This document shows, in pieces, positions 15,101 to 27,100 of a stretch of DNA of 64,000 nt (position 1 is its first letter; each line of letters begins with the position of its first letter). This stretch comes from Thalia democratica (Eukaryota). The notes under the pieces are model-generated. The model was not told the origin of the DNA. It was given only the letters and a program-made list of their open reading frames with translations, and made no database searches. The position numbers and the translations under genes are program-made. The DNA lies in contig OZ241826.1 of the NCBI GenBank assembly GCA_965202585.1, positions 15,314,001 to 15,378,000 on the forward strand, in the 5' to 3' direction.

Positions 15101-18100
15101 CCTTCTGTGTAGTTTGTTCAACAACATTGTTAACAGTAGTTTCATGTGTTGGCACTTCACTAGTAGTTTCAACAACAGTTGTTTTCTCATATGATTGAGT
15201 TGTTACTGGTGATTCAGTGCTTTCAACAACTGGTGATGGTGTAGTTTCAACAGATGTATCAGTTGATGTAACTTTCTCATAAATTGTTGTTGTGGTTAGT
15301 ACACCTTCAGGAGTTGTTGTTTCTACTTCAACTGGTTTGTAAGTTGTAGTTTCAACAGTCTTGCTGGTTGTAGTTGGTTCAGAAGCTTCAGTAGACTCAC
15401 CAGTAGTGAATGTTTCTAAAAGTAATAGAATTTTTATATTTCTATATAAATTTTTCTTGCAAAATAAACTTAAGTATTATTTTTGTACTAAATCAACCTT
15501 TAACTGTAGTTTGAACAACAACAACTGGTTTAGTTGTGGAATCAATTGCAGAAGTTGAAGAAACTGGTTTTGTTGTTACAACCTCTGTTGTAGTCCTTTC
15601 CACTTTAGTGACTGGCTCTATTATTTTAAATGCATAATTTAGTAAATATTTATCATAAGTTCTTTGTGAAAATTTAAATCTTATATGTTATGTAAAAAGT
15701 AGAATGTTTTTAAGAAAAAAATAATGTATAGGAATTTATTAACAGTAGTTTTTCTGTTTTTGTTATTAGTTTGTTTTTGTAAATTTGTGACTTCATTCTA
15801 TGAAATTGGTATATTAAAGTATGTTAATTTTTTTTTGTTAGGCCTTGTTCCGGTCCATGATTTTTCACTATTTTAAAAGTTTAGTTGTTTATAAAACATA
15901 ATTTTGGTTTATACTTTGAATATTTTTAATACCTCCATTATTATCAATTATCTTTTACTTACCTGTGTCAGCTTCAGTAGCAACTGGTTTTGATGTTGTT
16001 TCAACAACTACTGTTGTGCTTTCAACTTCATAAACAGTTGTAGTGTCAACTGGTTCACTTGTAGATGTTGTTACTTCTACCGGTGCTTCAGTAGTTGTTT
16101 CTTTAGTAGCCATTGTTGACACGACTGTAGTTACAACTTCTGCCTTTGATGAAGTTGTACTCTTTGATGGTTCATCTTTGCTAGTAGTTGATGGAACTAT
16201 TTCAGTTATGGTTACTGTTGTCTCTTCAGGCTCTGTGGTTTCATTTGACTCTGTGACTGCTTCAGTTGTTTCCACTGCTGGTTTTTTAGTAGTTGTCACA
16301 GTTTCTGAAGTAACTGCAGTGCTGACTTCAGTAGTAGTCTTGTCACTTTCTGTTGCTGCAGTTGTTTTCATTACTTCAGTTGTTTTTGTTGTTGTTACTT
16401 TAGTTATGGCTGAAGACTCATCAGTAATTGGTGTTGTAGTTACTGTCTCAACGGTGGTCTTTTCAACAATAGTTGTGTTGTCCACAGTGGATTTAGTTGT
16501 CACAACAGTCTCTTCAGTCGTTGTTGAAACAACTGCATCAGTCACCACAACTTCTTCTGGGCATCCAATCAGTTCAAAACGAAGTGCAATTTTGTCATCA
16601 TCATTTTCTTTAAGAGGGTAAATCCTCACTGAAGATGTTGAAACTACATCAAAGTTGTTCTCAACCACTTTTGTTGAGTCCTTGTTGCCATCAAATACAA
16701 GTGGAGTCTTATTATCTTCAGTCAATGGTACATACTCTTCATTGGTTGCATCGTAAACTGCAATAGTGAATTTGGGAGTGAAGCTCTCGTTTTCATCACC
16801 TTGAGTTCTTATTCCAGTCAGTTGCACCAGAGTTGGGAAGTCAACTTGTATGAACGGCTCTTCATCATCATCCTTAGGCGACCAGGCTGGAAGCTCTTCA
16901 ACAACATCGTCCTCAGCATCTTCAGCAAAGACAGTGTTATCAAGAGTGAGACGAGCGTTGGTTGGCTCCTTGTTTTCTTTCCACGTTGTGGCTGTGATCG
17001 AGTCATCACTGATGTCACGTGACTTCATTCCCATGTCTTCATCACAGAATTCTGATATTAGAATATTATTAATTAAGTTATAGCTTAATGAAAATTACTA
17101 AATGTTAATTAAACTTTGAATAGGTGTCTAACTTCAATTTAATTGAAGTATGACAACAACACACAAATTAATTTTAAGGTTTAAATACTGATTATTTTCA
17201 AAATTATGTACAGTTTACAGTTAAACATCTTTGTTTTGAATCAAAACAAATGCTTTTTCTTATTGTACTATTTATATTCATTAGTTTTGCTTACTTGCTG
17301 TAACAAGCTCAGTAGTTGTTGATCTTGATGAGGTTGATGAAACAGTAACTGGTGTTGTATCACTTACACTTGCAGTAGTAGCTACCTCTTCTGTGCTTGA
17401 AGCTGATTTTATATTGTTATTATAATAAGAAGTTTAAAAATGTGTTTTAAATTTAATACCGCATTAATAATAATGTTAAGTAAAAAAACATTTGAGTACA
17501 AATAAGGTAAAAACTAATTAAACAAAGAGAGTGGAGCAATGCGATTTATAGCCTGCTATTTTTGTATAATGCATTATAAAACATTCCACTTTGCTGTTTT
17601 TACTATCAATCAAATTACCTGAAGTAGTAATTTCAGTTTTAGGGGTTTCGCTTGTTGTAACTGAGGCAGTAGATGACTCGCTTGCTGGTATGGTTGTTGA
17701 AGAAACAACTTCCTCTGTTGTTGAACCATCTGCTCTGGTAGTAGTTGATACATCTACGGGACTTGTAGTTGTACCTTCTTCATTTATAGCTGGTTTAGTT
17801 GTGGTGACAACTTTAGTTGTAGTCTTGATCTCAGTTGTTGTTTCAATGGTCTTGTAGCAACCCAACAATGCAATCTTGATTGCTGGCTCATCACCAGTCC
17901 ATTCAACTGGGTGTACTCTGATTGAAGTGACTAAAATTGGTTGTTTGTCAGTGAAGTAAATGCTAGACATCTGACTGTCATCTACGTTAGCAGAGAAAGT
18001 GTCATCATCATTTTCAGATAAAATTGATGTGAATTCTTCACTTGGCTCATCAGAAGAAGTGTCAAGTTTGTAGTCAACCTTGACTTTGCTGACAAATTTA

Positions 18101-21100
18101 CCAGTGTCTTGTCCTGCACCCTTGACAGTCAATCCAAATATGTAGACTGGCTGCTCAAACTCAATTTGAACCCAAGCATCATTGTCAGATGCAAGATCTT
18201 CAATAGATGGTGACCATGGTTTGTTAGCAATGTCTTCAGGCTGGTTGCTTGATGCAGATATAGTTGGAAGTGAACTGATCTGTGTACCATAAACATTGTC
18301 AACATCCATTGGCAGCTCACAAAGTTTGTCTTCAGTAGACTCAGTTGTAGTTTCAACAGCAGGTTTTGGTGTAGTGACTGTAGATGTATGTACAACTTCA
18401 GATGTTGTTAACACAGCTGTGGTTGTTTTCAATGTAGTTGGAAGAACATTTTCTGTTAAAAGTATTACATGCATTTTGTTGTATTAGTATGATTTTTACC
18501 TTCATATCGAAAATAAAGAACTGTTTTAACTAAGCAACATAAATTGTTGGGAGCTATTCCGTAGTATCTACTATATGTATAATTGATTGTACTTTAAAAT
18601 ACGCATTTTCTTTAAAATAACAAATTAGTATGTTAAATAATGGTTGCAATTACCATCTCCAGTGCTTGATTGTTGTTTCTGTGTAGTTTGTTCAACAACA
18701 TTGTTAACAGTAGTTTCATGTGTTGGTACTTCACTAGTAGTTTCAACAACAGTTGTTTTCTCATATGATTGAGTTGTTACTGGTGATTCAGTGCTTTCAA
18801 CAACTGATGATGGTGTAGTTTCAACTGATGTTTCAGTTGATGTAACTTTCTCATACATTGTTGTTGTGGTAGCTACTCCTTCAGGAGTTGTTGTTTCTAC
18901 TTCAACTGGTTTGTAAGTTGTAGTTTCAACAGTCTTGCTGGTTGTAGTTGGTTCAGAAGCTTCAGTAGATTCACCAGTTGTGGTTTCTAAAAATATTACA
19001 AACATAAACCTTAAGTTTGAGTTAAAGCAGTCAGTTTAAAGTATTTAAATATTCCAAAATTACCTTTCACTGTAGTTTGTACAACAACAACTGGTTTAGT
19101 TGTAGATTCTGTAGCAGAAGTTGATGAAACTGGTTTTGTTGTTACAACTTCTGTTGTTGTTTTCTCAGTGACAATAACTGGTTCTGTAAATTTAATTTTA
19201 CATGATTTATTAGTTGAAAAAATGTTGAGCTTAATTTTGATTATTTCCTGGAAGTTTAATGGTGGTGTGACATTTAATAACTTTTATTTTTTTATGATAT
19301 AGAAATGCTAAGTGTATAAGTGGATAAGTTTTTTTATTTAAGTTGGCATACCAGTATTAGCTTCAGTGGCAACTGGTTTTGATGTTGTTTCAACAACAAC
19401 TGTTGTGCTTTCAACCTCATAAACAGTTGTAGTGTCAACTGGTTCACTTGCAGATGTAGTTATTTCTACTGGTGCTTCAGTAGTTGTTTCTTTAGTAGCC
19501 ATAGTTGATACAACTGTAGTTACTTCTTCTTGACTTGATGTAGATGATACAACAGCTGGGCTTGTAGTTGTACCTTCTTCAACAACTGGTTCAGTTGTGG
19601 TAACAATTTTAGTTGTAGTCTTGATCTCAGTTGTTGTTTCAATGGTCTTGTAGCAACCCAACAATGCAATCTTGATTGCTGGCTCATCACCAGTCCATTC
19701 TACAGGGTGTACTCTGATTGAAGTGACCAAAACTGGTTGTTTGTCAGTGAAATAAATGCTAGACATCTGACTATCATCTGCATTAGCAGTGAAAGTGTCA
19801 TCATCGTTTTCAGATGAAACTGGTGTGAATTCTTCACTTGGCTCATCAGAAGAAGTGTCAAGTTTGTAGTCAACTTTGACTTTGCTGACAAATTTACCAG
19901 TGTCTTGTCCTGCACCCTTGACAGTCAATCCAAATATGTAGACTGGCTGCTCAAACTCAATTTGAACCCAAGCATCATTGTCAGATGCAAGATCTTCAAT
20001 AGATGGTGACCATGGTTTGTTAGCAATATCTTCAGGCTGGTTGCTTGATGCAGATATAGTTGGAAGTGAACTGATTTGTGTACCATAAACATTGTCAACA
20101 TCCATTGGAAGCTCACAAAGTTTGTCTTCAGTAGATTCAGTTGTAGTTTCAACAGCAGGTTTTGGTGAAGTAACTGTAGATGTGTGTACAACTTCAGATG
20201 TTGTTGAAACAGCTTTTGTTGTCTTCAATGTAGTTGGAAGAACATTTTCTGTTAGAAAATAATACATAAGTTTCAATGTAACGGTAAGATTTTTTACCTC
20301 AATTTTTAAATTGTATAACTTTTTAATAACTAAGCAACAGAAATTTTCTTACGCTTTTCAATAGTATATCTTTAATGTATAATTGATTTTGTATAAAAAA
20401 GACATTTGTCTTTATAAGAAATTAATACGTTGAACAATGGTAATGTAATTACCGTCTCCAGTAGTTGTTTGTTCCTTCTGTGTAGTTTGTTCGACAACAT
20501 TGTTAACAGTAGTTTCATGTGTTGGTACTCCACTAGTAGTTTCAACAACAGTTGTTTTCTCATATGATTGAGTTGTTACTGGCGACTCAGTGCTTTCAAC
20601 AACTGGTGATGGTGTAGTTTCAACAGATGTTTCAGTTGATGTAACTTTCTCATACATTGTTGTTGTGGTAACTACTCCTTCAGGAGTTGTTGTTTCTACT
20701 TCAACTGGTTTGTAAGTTGTAGTTTCAACAGTCTTGCTGGTTGTATTTGGTTCAGAAGCTTCAGTAGATTCACCAGTTGTGGTTTCTAAAAATATTTTAA
20801 ACATAAACCTTAAGTTTGAGTTAAAGCACTTAAGGCCATAGGGGGGGGGGGTAAACCATGTTTTTTACAAGTTGATCATATTTTATAGAGTTTTTCTAAG
20901 CTTCAAGATGATTTTTATTGTTTTAAAAAATTTAATTTAATTTTTGAGATATGACCAGTCAAAGTCCGACCGCATGATAGGTTCCATATGGAAAGGGAAA
21001 ACTAAAACAGCGAAAAAAGACTATTTCATTTAAAATGTATCTCCTCCTACATTTTTCCAGCAATCTTCTTCAAACTTTCACAGTCTAATATTTCTACAAT

Positions 21101-24100
21101 AACAAAAAAAAACGTTACTTTGGAATTAAAAAAGAAAATTGTAAAAATATTTTTTTTTTGAAATAAAAACACTTTTTATTAGTTTTTCTGATAATTTTTT
21201 AATTTTTTAAAATTATTAAAATTCTAAAGTAAGTTTTTCCTTTTTATTATAAGGAACGTTTGCTGAAAATTTTAAGAAGATTGCTTGAAAAATGAAGGAG
21301 GAGATAAATGTTTAGTGAATTTTAAAATTTCCGAGAAAATTGACCCTAAAAAATTTGCGGTCCATACGTTTATATTAGAAAATTTTTACCAAAAATTAAA
21401 TATCTCAAAAGTCAAATGATATTTTTGAATGCTATAAAAACTTGCTTGTAGTTTGTAATTAAAGCTTTTATATAAAATTCAAAGTTAATTTTTGTAAAAA
21501 AAAAAGTTTGACCCCTCTATGGCCTTAATTTAAAGTTTTTAATTATTATTATTAGAAGAATTATAGTTATTAATTATTTCAAACTTACCTTTAACTGTAG
21601 TTTGTACAACAACAACTGGTTTAGTTGTAGATTCTGTAGCAGAAGTTGATGAAACTGGTTTAGTTGTTACAACTTCTGTTGTTGTTTTCTCAGTGACAAT
21701 AACTGGTTCTGTAAATTTAATTTTACATGATTTATTTGTTGAAAAAATGTTAAGGTTATTTTTGATTATTTCCTGGAAGTTTAATGGTGGTGTGACATTT
21801 AATAACTGTTATTTTTTTATGATATAGAAATGCTAGGTGTATAAGTAGATGAGTTTTTTTTAATTTAAGTTCACATACCAGTATTAGCTTCTGTGGCAAC
21901 TGGTTTTGATGTTGTTTCAACAACAACTGTTGTGCTTTCAACTTCATAAACTGTTGTAGTGTCAACTGGTTCACTTGTAGATGTTGTTACTTCTACTGGT
22001 GCTTCAGTAGTTGTTTCTTTAGTAGCCATAGTTGACACAACTGTAGTAACTTCTTCTTGACTTGATGTAGTTGATATAACAGCTGGGCTTGTAGTTGTAC
22101 CTTCTTTAACAACTACTGGTTCAGTTGTTGTAACAATTTCAGTTGTAGTTTTGATCTCAGTTGTTGTTTCAATGGCCTTGTAGCAACCCAACAATGCAAT
22201 CTTGATTGCTGGCTCATCACCAGTCCATTCAACTGGGTGTACTCTGATTGAAGTTACCAATACTGGTTGTTTGTCAGTGAAGTAAATGCTAGACATCTGG
22301 CTGTCATCAACATTAGCAGTGAAAGTGTCATCATCGTTTTCAGATGAAACTGGTGTGAATTCTTCACTTGGCTCATCAGAAGAAGTGTCAAGTTTGTAGT
22401 CAACCTTGACTTTGCTGACAAATTTACCAGTGTCTTGTCCTGCACCCTTGACAGTCAATCCAAATATGTAGACTGGCTGCTCAAACTCAATTTGAACCCA
22501 AGCATCATTGTCAGATGCAAGATCTTCAATAGATGGTGACCATGGTTTGTTAGCAATATCTTCAGGCTGGTTGCTTGATGCAGATATAGTTGGAAGTGAA
22601 CTGATTTGTGTACCATAAACATTGTCAACATCCATTGGAAGCTCACAAAGTTTGTCTTCAGTAGATTCAGTTGTAGTTTCTACAGCAGGTTTTGGCGAAG
22701 TGGTAGTGATACTGCTAATGACTTCAGTAGTTGTAGATGAAGCTGTTGTTGCAATAACTTCAGCACCTAAAATAATAGTAATTAAGTAAATATATTGGGA
22801 GCTATCACAAGTGCTTTTAGTTAAAACTTACTTGTCTCTACGTTTAAAACAGTTGTTTCGAGAACCTCTGTAGTGCTAACTGGAGTTGTAGTGCTCGTCA
22901 ACACTCCAGTAGTCTCCAAATCAACAATCTCAGTGGTTACGCCAGCAACTGTGGTTGTCATTTCAACTGCGCCAGTAGTTGTAGTGTCAACTACCACAGG
23001 CACCGAAGTAGAAGTCGGCTCAGTTGCTACCTCACTTGTAGTAGAAACATCGCTTTCAGGTGTAGTTGTGGCGACTGTTTCGACAGTAGTGGTTGCCTCG
23101 TACCTCGTAGTTGGAATGACGTCCCCGCTTGGAGTTGTCATTTCTTCTGTTACTGGCGCGATGCTGGTGGTTTTAATCTCTTTTGTTGTAGACAGCGTGG
23201 TCGTTTCAACAGTGCTGAAGCATCCCTTCACTGCGGTTTGCATGCTGACGCGTTCGTGGTACGCAAGCGCAACTACTCTGATCGACTTGGCTTCCAAGTA
23301 GAATGGAATTTCAATCTGTTCGAATTTACATACTCTCTTTACAGCAAATAAAATTATGATAAATGGTTTTATTAAAATTTTCTAACCAAAATAAAAAGTT
23401 TAAAAGGTTGTTTCATTAAGTTTAAACCCAAGAACACTATCTTATTCTCACCTCAACTTCGCTTGTTGAATCAGTGTTAGCTCTGAGCACGAGTTGTTCC
23501 TCCTCATCAAGTCCTTCCTCGTCAACTTTCAACCAATCAACGCCGTTTGTTGACGCGTGAATTGCCACCTTTGTGACGTAACTGTCGTCGCTTGCGTCAC
23601 CGCGCACAAACACAGACCTCACAATCACCGGCTTGATGAAGTTGATCTTTGAAAATTTGATAAGTTAGTCAAAGTATTAAGCCAAGTTGCTTAAATTGGT
23701 GAGTTTTGAAAATGCAATGGTATAAGTTGGTTATGTGTGTCTTGAATGAATCTATGTTTAGGTTGGCTGTTAATGCTTAGTACAAAGTTAAGAAACTTAT
23801 TTAGGAATGGCCTATTGAGGTTAATATATAAATCTTGGTATAATTTTTTTTACAAACACCTACTTATTAAACGTTTTAAACATTATAAGGGTCAACATCA
23901 TAACCATTTATTTATTTTCTACATTAAAACATTAATATTTATAAAATATTTTAATAAACAAATTGCTTTAGACATTACTAGAATTTAAATATTTACAAGC
24001 ATATTTTTTAATATGCTACAAGTTAATCTCTTTAAATCATGTACTGTTTTATTATATTAAATCAAACCTATAATTATAACATATATCTCCTAAAAACAAG

Positions 24101-27100
24101 TTACTTATTTTTAAGTTTTTTCTCTAAAAAGTTTACCCAAAGTTTTGAATTTATATCTTACCCCTTTAGGATTGGCGAGATAATATCTTAGTTTTTTTTC
24201 TTAAAAACTCTAATTCAGTCTAACCTAAACTTAAGAAAACATTAAGTTCACAATTTAACACTCAACCCACTTGAATACTATCTCGGAGCATTGGTTCACT
24301 TTTCACAAAAATGTACCACTTACTCATCTTAAATTATACTTTAACCTTGTAATAAACCTACCAATTTTTTATAGGTACCTTAACACTAGTTATTTATTTT
24401 GAGTTTCAAGTAAAAGTATCAAAACAGTCGAAGAACTGATGCTAAAAAGTGTTTATTTTGATGATAAAAATACTCAGTGAACACATCAAACTTTAAATTC
24501 AAGCTACCTGAATTTACTGTGTAAGGTAAAAATGAATACGAATTTTGTTATATTAATTCTGTTTATACACACACTCCAGTAGTAACACCAAATTTCAAGC
24601 TACCTGTATGTACTGTCAGGGAGTGAAAATAATTACAATTGTTGAAATATTTACTCTGATAATACCCAGTAGTTCAAACTTAAACTTCAAACTACCTGTA
24701 TGTACTGTCTGGGAGTGAAAATAAAAACAATTGTTGAAATATATACTCTGATAATACCCAATAATTAAAACTTAAACATCAAAAAACCTGTATGTACTGT
24801 CCGGGAGTGTTGGTTTCAGGGTGCCAAGTCTTTGCATTCGTGCTCCTGTCCAAGTGACCGTCGGCAGGTGAGCTGTCATCGCCACTAGATGACGCCTCGT
24901 ATGTCGGCTCGTCGACAACATTCGTCGCTCCCATCAGTTCGCCCATCATGACGTCACAATCGACTGGTTCCGACGTTGTTGCAACAGGGGTCGTTGATTC
25001 GACGACTACGAGAGAAAAATGCATCGTTAGTAAAATATAGTTTTTTTATACATAACAAATTTAAAGAACTTTAAAGATATAATGACAAAGCGTTCTGAGT
25101 ATAAAGTTTTTTAGCACATTGGTCATTGATAATTAACCATTAAAAAAAAAAGGTTCCAATACAATCCAGCCTATTAACAACTTACAAATATCTTTCTACA
25201 AACCTTTAGTGGTGGTCTGCACAACAGTGGTAGCAGCTTCGCTTGTTTCTGATGTTTCAGGCTGAGATGTTGTTGACGTAATTGGCGATGTTTTCACTAC
25301 TTCTACAGTCGTTGTTTCAACCAAAGCTGTATGAAAATTAGTTAATGAAGTTTTGATTTTTGTATGAGTATTCAGACTGCACTTAAAATGAATCAAATTT
25401 AACTTTATAGTTGAGCTTATACTTTTCAAATATTAGACACTTAAACAAATATTTATGATTTAACTGTAATATTGTAGTTTTGCGACGATAAAAGAAAAGT
25501 ATTTAAAATATTCCTTATTTAGATAATAACAACATAAATTTTCCACCTGGCTTTGTAACATCAGTGGGTTGAATCGTCTTCACAACGACATGCGTCGTGT
25601 TTTCAACTTCGTAAGCAGGAGTGGTTGTCGTGGCGACTCCCCTTCCGCAACCGTAAAATTCCAACCGCATGGAGACGCCCTCGCTCGTAACAGGTCTGAT
25701 TCGCACACTTTGCACGATGATTCCCTTCGTCATGCGGTTCTTCACAATCTCCAAGTCTTGCGTTGAACCTGTGTTGAAATTTAATATTTAGGTTTGATGT
25801 CGCTTGATAAAATGTTTGCAAGTCTAAAGTTTAGTAATTTTAGTTAGCTTCTAATAATGAATTAATAGTTTAGTTAGTAAATGATCTGTTGTATTAATTT
25901 TAATAAAAAAATTGGGCTTGTGCTTAAAAAATTAAATGAAACATAAAATTATTAACTTTCTTAAAAAGTTTGAACTAAGCATTTACACACTGTCAATTTT
26001 TTTTATACAAAATAGAAAGTAACCCAAACCGACCTTCAAACTCAACTGGAGTTTCTGTCCTCTCCCCGGTAGAAGTATCAACCCTCGTGATAGCCACGGT
26101 GGTCCAATCGTCCTCACCGACGCCATGATAATCCACAGTGTACCTCACTACCCTTCCCTGAGTGGCAATTCCTGTGACTTCAGTAGGTTCACTGAAATCG
26201 ACTTGCAGGTAAGCCTGATCGTCACCTTGAGCGGGCGACCACGGCTGGTTGTTGTCCGGGTTGAAACTGACGCTGATCACTCGAGCGTCACGAGGGGAAA
26301 TTCCCTCGAGTGAGGAAGACGCGGTGATCTGAGAGTCCTTGATCGATCCGGACTCCATGCCGAGCGCGTCAGAGCACGGGGCTGTTTGGATTTGTTATTT
26401 TGTAAACTGGTTACAACTATGTGATAATTTAAGATATTTTTTTTTATTTTAACAAGCTGAATTTTTTTTTTGTTTTTTTTTCTTTGTGTTTTATATGAAA
26501 GTTGTTACATGCAAAATGTTATTGGATTTTGTTGGTTATTTCCTATCATAACATGATTACTTTTACAAGACATCCAGAGCGCTTAAATATTTCATAAAAT
26601 AAATTGCTACCACAAAAAGCTTGAAATAAAGCTTAAGTTCACTAAAGACGTGATCAAAAGAAAAATAATATCTTACATTACACTTTACAGCTCAGTTTTT
26701 AGCACATAATTTTAAATTCAATGCCTTGTTTTTTAACCAATTACGTTTTAGTATATACACTCACCAGTAGTGGTGAGCCACCTGATGGTGGTAGTGAGCT
26801 GTTTGGTTGTCACAACTGAGCTTGTAGTTTGATCGCTTGGTGGCAATGTTGTCACAGCTACACACTCGCAACATCTGTTGAAAGTTGATATGTGTTATTA
26901 ATAATGGTATGGTTTTAGTTCGTTTAAGCTATCTATTAATATTATTTTATGTGTTTGAAATACAGTAGATGAATACAATATGTGGTTTGATTTTCCTATA
27001 AAGAAGTATAATATGCTTACAGCTACACACTCGCAACATGTTTAAAAATTTATGTTATAGCTTTTAGTTTGAAGTTGATTTTTAAAATGTTTTTACTCGT

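Larger units (their letters stand above)
5237..22766 (-). repeat. Intragenic tandem array of ~2.2-2.5 kb units (exon A discoidin / exon B ~120 nt / exon C ~335 nt mucin)
   Basis: B exons ([40 protein letters not shown]-like) at 21589, 19064, 15498, 13355, 11186, 8827, 5793. C exons ([31 protein letters not shown]...) at 20453, 18654, 15080, 12962, 10769, 8433, 5237. Confidence 0.95.

Noticed and set aside
7649-22646. Repeated minus-strand ORFs such as [17 protein letters not shown]... and [12 protein letters not shown]...
   Set aside because: Alternative frames of the duplicated discoidin exons; their recurrence only reflects the DNA repeat.
5237-22766. Possible CRISPR array or prokaryotic adhesin
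   Set aside because: Units are kb-scale spliced exons with GT-AG introns; there is no short repeat-spacer structure and no cas genes.
836-23301. Plus-strand Val/Ser-rich ORFs (e.g. 4300-4791, 16043-16621, 22873-23301)
   Set aside because: Antisense shadows of Thr-rich codons (ACA/ACT read as TGT/AGT/GTT), which lack stops on the opposite strand; they coincide exactly with minus-strand exons.
23596-23604. Second RGD (VFVRGDAS)
   Set aside because: It occupies the position of the conserved xQG beta-strand of the discoidin fold, so it is probably structural rather than an integrin loop.
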